This document shows positions 53,236 through 64,000 of a stretch of 64,000 nucleotides of DNA, in pieces. Every line of letters begins with the position of its first letter. Position 1 is the stretch's first letter. The stretch is from Eledone cirrhosa (lineage: Eukaryota): positions 21,638,001 to 21,702,000 of the forward strand of contig OZ024765.1 of the NCBI GenBank assembly GCA_964016885.1. Direction: 5' to 3'. The position numbers were made by a program, and so were the translations under genes. Below the pieces are notes generated by a model. The model was given only the letters and a program-made list of their open reading frames with translations, had not been told where the DNA came from and did no database searches.

Positions 53236-54292
53236 CAGATGGGCCTTTCCGCAGCTCATTTCTTTGACTGAGCTGCAGTCCTGGGTCAAGAAGAGACCGA
53301 GACTGGGTGACTGGCACCTGGAATGTTGCCAGGCACTCACTGCCCTCTACCAAGCGGGCAATGCGATCAGTGGAACTTCCACTCTCGAGTTCTATAGAGG
53401 ATTAGTGGTGGGCAAGTGCGATGACGCACTCGGAGAAGCTTTGGGCCTCGACGAATTCGAACTGACCAGTCTGTACCAGAGGACTTTTGAGCCGGGGACG
53501 ATGGACAATTTCCAGAAATCCCTAGCTTGGCAGTGCTACCGGGGGCACTGCCGGTTCGGGATAAACTCTACAGGCACGGAAGTGCTGTCAGACGGACCTG
53601 CCCAAGATGCGCACAGGACGACGAAACCATTCTGCACGCACTTGTCCAATGTCCGTGCATTACTGAGTTGTGGAGTTATGTCGAACAGCTACTGTCGCGT
53701 GTGGAACGAATCCGGCTATCGGCCGAGTCCATAGTGAAGATCGATCCACCGCCTTCCTTAGGTCAGGAAGAGCAGGAAATTTTCCTCTGTCTGGTGGCAG
53801 TTGCAAAAGAGATTATATGGTGGACCAGGTTGAAAGGACGAAAGACAGACACTCTTCTCTTCGGCCAATCCCTCATCAACTTCTTCAAGTTTCACCTGGA
53901 AAGGAAGGTGAGGGTGGAGAGAGAAGTGCTGCCCCCCAGTACATTTGCTAAAAGGTGGGTGAATGTGGCAAGAATGGCCCGTGTGAATGGGCCTACTCTG
54001 ACCATGCGCCTATAGGCTAGCTAACTTGAGGAGAGGGGTGCTCTCCCCGGGTTCCCTAGAAGCGCAGGGTCGTTCAGGATTGGTGGGGTACCCGAATCAC
54101 CCCAGCGTCGTCCACCACCTATCGGGGAATTTATTTTGATATATTTATGCATAGTTTATTTTATATTTTTATATCTTCATTGTTAAATTAGTCTTGCCAT
54201 TGTGAACCTTTACTCGACCTTATTGTAAACCCCCACTGTCCCTGTCTTTGTATTGTCCCCTACATGTCGGCCCTTGTGGCTAATAAATGAAA

Positions 54293-54340
<48 letters not shown>
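53236..54340 (+). mobile_element. L1/Tx1-like retrotransposon 3' region (zf-RVT-like CCHC) with (ATT)n tail
   Basis: ALPVRDKL...CPRCAQDDETILHALVQCP...W; 3' UTR, AATAAA, (ATT)n. Confidence 0.8.
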
Positions 54341-54341
<1 letters not shown>

Positions 54342-54350
54342 CATCAACAG

Positions 54351-54620
54351 AAAGTCTACTATGAAGTGGTGAGTGTCCATGACAGAAAAACTTACATTTC
54401 AACAGTGAGAAGTTGTGCCAGAGACTGTAAACCACGAAATGACTTCACTAACTGCAGCAGGACAAGACTTGAGAACCGTGGATGTTCATGGCGAGTATGT
54501 TGTCGTGATAAAGACCTTTGCAACTCTGCACCAACAACAACAACAACAACAACACACAATACACAGCGACTATGGTCACATTTCTACATACTTCCTATTA
54601 TCTGGTGGCTAATATTCTGA
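54351..54620 (+). CDS. Ly6/uPAR three-finger protein, last exon (C-terminal LU half plus GPI signal)
   Basis: Acceptor CAACAG|AAA, phase 0; KVYYEVV...RSCARDC...[11 protein letters not shown], Thr spacer, hydrophobic tail [16 protein letters not shown]. Confidence 0.88.
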   Translation, partial: KVYYEVVSVHDRKTYISTVRSCARDCKPRNDFTNCSRTRLENRGCSWRVCCRDKDLCNSAPTTTTTTTHNTQRLWSHFYILPIIWWLIF

Positions 54621-54677
54621 GGTATATATACATATATACATGTGTGTATATATATATGTATATATGTGAGTGTGCAC

Positions 54678-54746
<69 letters not shown>

Positions 54747-54758
54747 AATGATTGTGTA

Positions 54759-54799
<41 letters not shown>

Positions 54800-54841
54800 A
54801 CTAAGAGCGAGTGAGGAATGAAATTTTGTTTCATTTTTTCC

Positions 54842-54955
<114 letters not shown>

Positions 54956-54967
54956 ATGTATATATAA

Positions 54968-55053
<86 letters not shown>

Positions 55054-55065
55054 ATGTATATATAA

Positions 55066-55111
<46 letters not shown>

Positions 55112-55449
55112 TTATATATATATATATATGTATTCCTACACATATATTTCTATGCAGATTTCAAATGAAACTGTTCACCATATATGTTAACATCTTCATA
55201 AATCAGTGACTACTGCCAATTACCTGGCCTGGAACTCCACCTGGCGGTCCTCATCAAGCGCCATCCCCTCTCACATCGCAACCCTACACACCCGTACCCA
55301 CCCCCCACCATACTGATAATGATCCTAGTTCCTGTTGAACCAAATAATGATCTCCTTTGCAAGTTCCTTCGATAAAATGCTGTGTGTGGATGGGTGTATA
55401 TATATGTGTGTGTGTGCGTATATATATATATGTATATATATAATATCCA

Positions 55450-55479
<30 letters not shown>

Positions 55480-55480
<1 letters not shown>

Positions 55481-58340
55481 TATGACCATGCTGTAAAATG
55501 GAGGGGTAGAGAGGGCCCATGAGTCCAGTAAGACATCCTCTCTAGTGCTGGTGGCACGAATAAAAGCACCCAGTCCAATCTGTAAAGTGGCGCTGGTGTT
55601 AGGAAGGGCATCCAACCAGTGTATCAATGCCAAAACGCTTATCAGCACAGCAACAAATAGGAACAACAACAAAATATGAAGACGTCGCATCTCAGAGTTG
55701 CAACACTTAATGTTGGCACTCTCAGAGGTAGATCTGCTGAAATAGCGGAGATGCTGGAGAGAAGGCAGGTGGATGTGTGCTGCGTGCAAGAGGTGAGATG
55801 GAGAAGTGCCTCTGCGAGACTAGTTGTAGGCAAACATCTTAGCTATAAGCTATTCTGGGTAGGTAAGGATGATGGGTTAGGGGGAGTAGGCATTTTCCTG
55901 GCTGAGAGATGGATCAATAAGACAATAGAGGTAGTTCGAGTTAGTAATCGAATAATTAAGCTTAGATTAGTTGTAGGCAGGAGACTACTGACAATCATCT
56001 CGGCCTATGCTCCCCAAGCAGGCCTAGGCAAAGAAGAGAAAGACTGCTTTTACGAGCAACTTTTACAAACAGCCGCAATGACAGAGGACGGAGACATCAT
56101 TATGCTAGCAGGGGACTTCAATGGACATGTTGGACAGCTCCAGGATGGATACACTGGGGTACATGGTGGGCACGGTTACGGCTCAAGAAATGAAGGAGTG
56201 AGACTTCTTGAATTTTGTGATGCAAGTACATTGACTATTTGCAACACTAACTTCCAGAAACCTGCCAACCACCAAATAACCTACAAATCTGGTGAGCACA
56301 TAAGCCAGATTGACTTCTTACTAGTTAGGCAGCAGGACAAGCAGATGGTGTCAAATACCAAGGCAACCCTCGGGAAGAATGTACCCCACAGCATAGGTTA
56401 GTCGTTAGTGATATCTCAGTAAGCAAGAGATGGAATGAGACATACAGGAAGGTGTGGAGAAGAAAGGTCTGGAAGCTAAAAGACCTTTCACTAAAATACA
56501 AATTTAGGAAAGCCCTTCAAGATGTGTATGACGAAAAAGAAGATGATTTAGAGTCGTATGACAGATAACAGCAATTTCTTACGTAACAACTTACTGCAGA
56601 CTACTGATGAAACTTGTGGCTAGAGCAGAGCTCCAACCAGACAGAGAGTGACCTGGTGGTGGAACAGCACAGTAGATAAGGCCATTTAGAGACAAAAGAC
56701 TAGCATGGAAGACTTGGAAAAAGGGTGGGAGTAGAGAAGGATATACATCCGCTAAGAGAGAAGCTAGACGTCAGGTGTACTTAGCATGCAGGGAGGCTGA
56801 GAGTAGGAGGTTTGCCAATGTTCTGCGATGGGAAGATCAGAGGTGTGCAGTGTTCCACATTGCAAGGCAGTGTGTCAATGCAAATCAGGATGTTGTTGGA
56901 GATAAATGTGTCCGGAATTATGCCGGTGTACTTAGTGTCATGAATGATCAGAAAAAGGAGGCCTGGAAATGTCATTATGAGAGACTGATGAATGTGGAGA
57001 ATGAATGGGAGAGAGAGAAATTACCCTTAGTAGATACGACAGAGGGACCAGCTATTAGGATTGACAATTACAAGAGAGGTTCTTAGAGAAAAATAAGCCA
57101 CTATACTTAGCCTTTGTTGACCTAGAGAAGGCCTTTGATAAGGTACCCCGATCTGTCATCTGGTGGTCCTTAAAGAAACTATATGTTGAGGAATGGCTTG
57201 TGAGGACAGTGCAAACTTTGTACAGAGGTACTGTCAGTAAAGTCAGGGTAGGAATGGAGTTTAGTGAGGAATTCTAGATACAAGTAGGAGTACATCAAGG
57301 TTCAGTCCACAGCCCACTCTTGTTCATTATAGTCTTCCAAACCATAACAGAGGAGTTTAAGACTGGCTGTCCATGGGAACTTCTCTATGCTGATGATCTG
57401 GTTCTTATAGCAGAATCAGTAGAGGAGCTAGAGAATAAATTCTGGCTATGGAAACAGCAGTTGGAAGCAAGAGGACTGAGAGTGAACCTAGCTAAGACAA
57501 AAGTGTTGATGAGTAGAAAAGAGGACAAAACTCTGATTCCGTCAGGGAAATGGCCATGTTCGATATGCAGAAAAGGAACTGGCATAAATTCTATAAAATG
57601 CACACAATGCAGATCCTGGGTAGACAAGAGATATAGTGGGATAGCAGGCAAACTAACAGGTAAGGAGAAATACGTATGCAGTAGATGTACAGGGAAATTA
57701 GACAGTAGAAGTCGCATTGATAGACACATTTAGGAGATCAGATTAGCATGGGAGGGGGGGGGGGGGTTCCGAGGCCATAGTATCTAGAATGACGGTTTGG
57801 AAGAAGTTTAGGGAGCTGCTTTCTCTGCTGAAGAAGTAGGGTTTCTCCCTGCGTACGAAAGGCCGGTTATATGATGCCTGTGTGAGGAGCGTGATGCTGC
57901 ATGGTAGTGAGACATGGGCTGCAACTGCAGAGTAATGCAACGACTGGAGAGAAATGGGGCAAGCATGCTCCGTTGGATGTGCAATGTCAATGTGCGTCAA
58001 CGACCCAGCATGGATGTGTTGAGAGAGAAACTGTGTCTGAGAGGGATAGAATGTAGTGTACAAGAGAGGAGACTGAGGTGGTATGGACATGTGATGCACA
58101 TGGAGGATGACTGATGGGTGAAGATATACCAGGAAATGCCAGTTGAAGGAAAACGTGGTAGAGGTAGACCACGAAAAACATGGGCGGAGGTGGTGAGAAC
58201 AGACCTCAGATCGCTGAAGCTCACGGTGGAGATGACAAAGGACCGTGACAAGTGGAGAGATGCTGTGCTGAATAAGACCCGTCCCACCCTTGCAAGCAAG
58301 GAAAAGCGGGCATAAAATGATGATGATAATGATGATAATA
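55480..58340 (+). mobile_element. Second decayed copy of the RTE LINE with internal deletions
   Basis: Highly similar to 40950-44190; junction near 57070 skips about 42520-42895 and junction near 57731 skips about 50 bp. Confidence 0.92.
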
Positions 58341-58343
58341 TCC

Positions 58344-58772
<429 letters not shown>

Positions 58773-58958
58773 GATACATATATATGGATACATATGTATA
58801 TATATATGGATATATATATATAGAGAGATGTACACAATGTCTGCTTTCAATGACTTCATTACTGTTCAATAAACAAAACTCAATAATCAATAATTTGTTG
58901 AGCAAAATACATAATTTAAATGTGTCATGGCTAATTAATATTTACCGATACACTAACC

Positions 58959-59076
<118 letters not shown>

Positions 59077-59195
59077 TATATGTATATCATCATCATCATC
59101 ATTTTACGTCCGCTTTTCCCTGCTTGCAATATGTATATGTATATACATATTGTATATACATATATTGTATATATATATATTGTATATACATATTG

Positions 59196-59250
<55 letters not shown>

Positions 59251-59310
59251 GCATACATATATATATATACATGTATATATATATATACATGCATGTATAT
59301 ATATATATAT

Positions 59311-59341
<31 letters not shown>

Positions 59342-59487
59342 CATACATATATTCACATATATACATATATATATACATACATACACACATATAAATATAT
59401 ATACATATATACACACATACATATATATACACACGCTCATCAAAACAGTTTGTATGTAGGATGAATTATTATTTCACAACCATTAAA

Positions 59488-59960
59488 AGGCAGTGGTTTG
59501 GCAGTATCAGTAGAGTGTCAGACACTATGCTTAGCAGCATAGAGTTATGGCCCTTTCCATTCTGAGTTCAAATCCCGCCAAGGTTAACTTTGCCTTTCAT
59601 CCTTAAGGGGTTGATGAAATAAAGTACCAGTAATGCACTGGGGTCAATTTAACCTTCAGGGCTCTAGTCACCTTATGTCACCAATTGAGTAACTTCCCCT
59701 TAATATATAATGCAGTGTCATAAAAACATTCAGTGTGCTAAAGGTTAATCTACTTTCCCTGCCCCCAAAATTGCTGGTTTTGTGCCTAAATCACAAACCA
59801 TTATTATTATTATTATTATTATTCCCGCCGAGGTTAACTTTACCTTTCATCCTTACTGAGTTGATAAAATAAAGTACCTGTAATGCACTGCGGTTGATTT
59901 AGTTGACTTCATCCCACTCTCCTCCAAAATTGCTGGCCTTGTGCCTACAGTAGAAACCAT
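59488..59960 (+). mobile_element. Two family-A-related SINEs, the first interrupted by a MITE
   Basis: SINE head and body motifs at 59488-59800 and 59823-59960. Confidence 0.78.
59649..59748. mobile_element. 92-bp piggyBac-like MITE with TTAA target-site duplication
   Basis: TTAA-CCTTCAG...CTAAAGG-TTAA; removing it restores the contiguous SINE 3' sequence. Confidence 0.6.
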
Positions 59961-60213
59961 TATTTTCACAGCCCCCTACATCTGAAATGTCTCTCTTACA
60001 ACCAATACAGCTAAATAAAGAAATTGTACATAAAAAAAAAACCGGAAATATATGAAAAAAAAATGGAAAAAAAAAAACAAAATATAAAAATATATAATAA
60101 AGAAATGAAAAAATATGTAAAATAAAATGTTATATAGTTGTTTCTTTTTTACTTTTTGTTCTGATACATACATGTATATATATAATGGTATATTTATTAA
60201 AATAACAGATTAA

Positions 60214-60264
60214 AGTTTAAGCAAAGAATCGCTGCTTTCACCCTTAACGGGATCTTCTGAAACT
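60214..60264 (-). ncRNA. Degenerate hammerhead ribozyme (core U4 to A)
   Basis: Minus strand AGTTT-CAGAAGA-TCCC gttaa GGGT-GAAA-GCA...TGC-TT-AAACT. Confidence 0.5.
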
Positions 60265-60382
60265 AACAAAGTCAATCTGTAAACGCAGAACTGGATATTT
60301 CAAAAAACGTTGCAACCGGAGGAAGACAGGAAGACGATACTTTGGTTCGTGGTAACGTTCGCTGACAAATGGTATATATATT

Positions 60383-60770
60383 TATCATCATCATCATCAT
60401 CGTTTAACGTCCATGTTCTACGCTTGCATGAGTTTGGACGGGAGTTTTCCCACTTGAGGCAAGAGTGGTTGTCTTGCTCGCATAGGACAGTCTGGCGGGT
60501 TTTCTACGGCTGGATGCTCTTCCTAACACCAACCACATTTACAGTGTGGGGCTGGGAGGTTTTTACCGTGTTGCCTACACGGCCACATTACAGCGTGGAC
60601 TGTGTGGTTTTTTGTCGTGACACCTACACGACCTCATTTGTTTCGGCCTGGATGTTGTGGCACCAACATAACTTTACATTGAAAGGGGCGGTGTGGATGG
60701 GGTGGGGGTAGTGGGACGGGGGTGTATTTTGTTAGTGATGCCTACTGACTGTAGTAGGTTTTACTTTGTA
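60383..60770 (-). mobile_element. RTE-related 3' UTR element
   Basis: Near-identical to 47915-48303. Confidence 0.82.
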
Positions 60771-60792
60771 TATATATATATATATAATGATA

Positions 60793-62215
60793 TCTTTTTA
60801 TATATATAAAAGCGAGGATGTGTGTGTGTCTGTGTACAACTTTGGATACCTAAGGCTTTTACAATTACCAACCGAAATTGACCAAATTTTTTGTGCACGT
60901 TGCACAGTTCGCTAAGATGATCACATCACAAAAAATATTCCAATCGACCCACGTTGAGCAATAAAAAATCGATATCAAAATTATCGGTAGCAAAATTGAT
61001 GTAAGAGAGATAACCAACTTTATTGACAATCCTTATAAAGAGAGTGAGATATGGAGACCTTCGTTTTCAATTTTAAAACAACAATCATCGTCGGACGAAA
61101 TTTCAGAAATATAAACATCAGATTCATTTGAAGATAAATCACTAATATTATCGTTTGTTTCTTGTTTATTCTTTGTTGCACTTTCAAAGTTAAAAAAAAC
61201 ACTTGTTGTTTTAACTTGTTTCACTATATTAAGTGTTAATTTTCGCGTTAAGGGCCTAGTCTCGAATTGACGAGATTTTGATGATGGTTTGTTTATTTTT
61301 AGGACTTTCCATTCAAACCATTGGGACCTACAACTTTTACATTTTTAAAACTTTCATAAGCCATGTTGATACAAAAAAAAATTTGTTGCACTTTCAAAGT
61401 TAAAAAAAACACGTTGTTTTAACTTGTTTCACTATATTAAGTGTTAATTTTCGCGTTAAGGGCCTAATCTCGCAGCAATCTCGAATTGACGAGATTTTGA
61501 TGATGGTTTGTTTATTTTTAGAACAATCCTTATGGGACTTTCCATTCAAACCATTGGGACCTACAACTTTTACATTTTTAAAGTAATTTTGTCCACATTT
61601 GAGGCAGGCATTATCTGGTGGATTGGTAGTATCGGTAGAGGGCCGGACGCCATGCTTTCCAGCATAGTTACGTCCCTTTACGATCTGAGTTCAAATCCCG
61701 CCGAGGTTGACTTTGCCTTTCATCCTTACGGGGTCGATAAAATAAAGTACCAGTAATGCACTGGGTGATTGCTGGCCTTGTGCCTAAAGTAGAAACAATT
61801 ATCTATGCTTCCAGCTGTATTCGTACACATCAAACTTTTTTGACAATGAAGGAACTTACTGAACAGGATTCTTCCTGGATGTCCACGGATATATAAATCT
61901 AGTGATACTGTATGTGATCCACAGGATGTGGTCAACTATCCAGTTGAATTTCTAAATTCTTTAAATCCTCCTGGTTTACCCCCTAATACATTAGTTCTGA
62001 AAGAGGGAACACCAGTTATTTTGCTGAGAAATATCACTCCTCCAAAACTATGCAATGGTACACGCCTTGTGGTTAAAAAACTGTCTCCACTTAGTATTGA
62101 CGCTACTATTCTATCCGAATGTGGAAAAGGCGAGGATGTGATAATAACAAAAATTAGCCTGACTACATCAGGCGTGGATACTCCCTTCTCCTTTCGCCAA
62201 ACCCAATTTCTGCCG
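60793..62215 (+). mobile_element. Helitron remnant with Pif1-like helicase fragment (about 61805-62210), interrupted by a family-A SINE (61617-61801)
   Basis: YPVEFLNSLNPPGLPP..LVLKEGTPVILLRN..PPKLCNGTRLVV; TC-(TA)n-AAAG..GTGTGTC 5'-like end; internal duplication 61172-61350 and 61383-61580. Confidence 0.75.
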
Positions 62216-62251
62216 TCGGGATCATACTTTTTCCTATATATATATATATAT

Positions 62252-62283
<32 letters not shown>

Positions 62284-62307
62284 TTTACGTCCGCTTTTCC
62301 CTGCTTG

Positions 62308-62379
<72 letters not shown>

Positions 62380-62380
<1 letters not shown>

Positions 62381-62740
62381 GGAGGTGAGTTTTATTGTAG
62401 TACAATAAAGCAATGCAGATATCGGATAAGAAGCACTCTACAGTTTGTAGGACTGGAGTATACATAATATATAAGATCAAAAGATGGTTAAAAGAGTTCC
62501 ATGTATTTTATTATGCGCATTTCAAAAACAAATATCATCATGCAATAACATTTGTGTTTTCATCAGATAAAATATGTTGATTTAAAACTGCACTATCCAC
62601 AAGTGTTTTTTAACCTTCATATCATATCCTCCTATTTTATCTGATGAAAACACAAATGTTATTGCATGATGATATTTGTTTTTGAAATGCGCATAATAAA
62701 ATACATGGAACTCATTTAACCATCTTTTGATCTTATATAT
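62380..62740. mobile_element. PLE-type pLTR with two divergent HHRs (62504-62574 minus; 62633-62703 plus) in about 108-bp inverted arms
   Basis: TATTTTAT-CTGATGA-AAACACAAATGTTATTGCATGATGATATTTGTTTTT-GAAA-TGCGCA-TA-ATAAAATA on both strands. Confidence 0.82.
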
Positions 62741-63153
62741 ATATATGTATATAAATGGAAAAAATGAAATTTCATTTCTCACTCTTAGTACGGCTGATAC
62801 TTAAATATAAGTATGTATACGTACATACATATATGTATACAGACGTACAGTAGTATGTATATACATACATACATGCACACATATATATATGTACATATAT
62901 ATATATATGTACGTATATTTATATATATATAGAAGATAGATGTTAAACGACGATGATGATGATGATGATATATATATAATGATATATATATATATATATA
63001 TTGTTATGCTTTGGAAGGGTCATGTTGCCATTAAGAAACACACGCACCAGTTGCTTTCACTCCAATTTATTATAAATTAAATTTATAAATTTAAGAATTT
63101 ATAAATTTCCGGTTGGCTGGTTGGTTCCACAACCAGACGGTTGTTCATATATT

Positions 63154-63196
63154 GTCAAAGTTCTTTCGTCACACATTCTGTGACCTCTTCAGTGAC
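63154..63196 (-). ncRNA. Minimal type I hammerhead ribozyme variant
   Basis: Minus strand GTCA-CTGAAGA-g-GTCACA gaatg TGTGAC-GAAA-GAAC-TT-TGAC. Confidence 0.68.
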
Positions 63197-63497
63197 TGGG
63201 GATTATTTTCTTTTTTTTGTGCATCTCCTTTGTTCTGTCCTACACCATCTTGTTTTTGTTTGTGTTATGTGCTTAGTTTGCGCATGTGTTACATCGGGGT
63301 GTCTGTGTGTGTTTATATTTGTTTATTTACATGTTAATGGTTGGTTGTTTGTTCTATGTGTGTGTGTGTTTTCAATTTGTCGTTAATTGTAAGTTGTGAT
63401 GTTGCTGTTCCATTCATGTTTTCTATTTAATTTTGGTTGGAGTTCATTTATGTTTATTGTCTCTGTGATTTGTCTAAACATTGCATCTAACATAGTC

Positions 63498-63541
63498 TAA
63501 CAAAGTTCTTTCGTTGCACATCTGCAACATCATCAGTGGTA
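63498..63541 (-). ncRNA. Minimal type I hammerhead ribozyme variant, tandem partner of 63154-63196
   Basis: Minus strand TACCA-CTGATGA-t-GTTGCA gatg TGCAAC-GAAA-GAAC-TT-TGTTA. Confidence 0.62.
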
Positions 63542-64000
63542 CTATTATGTTCCTCCTGTTGTATTGTATATCTATGCTATTTTAATTTTATCTGTTTATT
63601 TATTTATTTATTTTTGTCTTCTTCTCTGCGCATGCATTTGCGTGTGTGTATAGTGTTTGGTGTGTGTTCGCGTTTGGGTGACTGTGTTTTAGTTATTGTA
63701 TTCTATCTTAGTTTACTAGTGTGTGTTTATATGTGTTTGTTGTTTATATGTGTTTATATGTGCTTGTGTATATATTTATTTACTTATATTTCTCTTAAGT
63801 CAGTATTGTTTGTTTGGGTGTTGTTGTTATTCCATTCATTTTTTCTGTTTAGCCTTGGCCTTCTAAGTTCTATTTCACTGGCCTCTCTGATTTGCCTATC
63901 TGCTGGGTCATTTCTATGTTTAGATATTATTCTAATTTCTATGTTGTCTATGTTACTGTCCCATTGTTGTCTGGCGTGTTCGTATAGTACTGAACCGTTT

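Overview
Eukaryotic, AT-rich, repeat-saturated DNA. The SINE/LINE families and (TA)n density point to a cephalopod, probably an octopus (inference). One cellular gene is supported: a three-exon, GPI-anchored Ly6/three-finger (quiver/sleepless-like) gene on + at about 40.8-54.6 kb. Its candidate signal-peptide exon is one T short of being in frame. The rest is decayed retroelements (Penelope-like RT and GIY-YIG pieces, RTE, R4/Dong-like and L1/Tx1-like LINEs), two tRNA-derived SINE families, a Helitron remnant, a 92-bp TTAA MITE, microsatellites and a 17-kb 48-bp satellite with higher-order structure. The most striking signal is about 20 hammerhead ribozyme (HHR) motifs from several unrelated sequence families. 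These include a near-perfect 7.1 x 466-bp tandem array with one minimal type I HHR per unit, the layout of a non-LTR retrozyme or self-cleaving satellite that could produce 466-nt circular RNA. Many HHR units sit in inverted or fold-back configurations next to (TA)n. Coordinates were read by eye; repeat boundaries are approximate.
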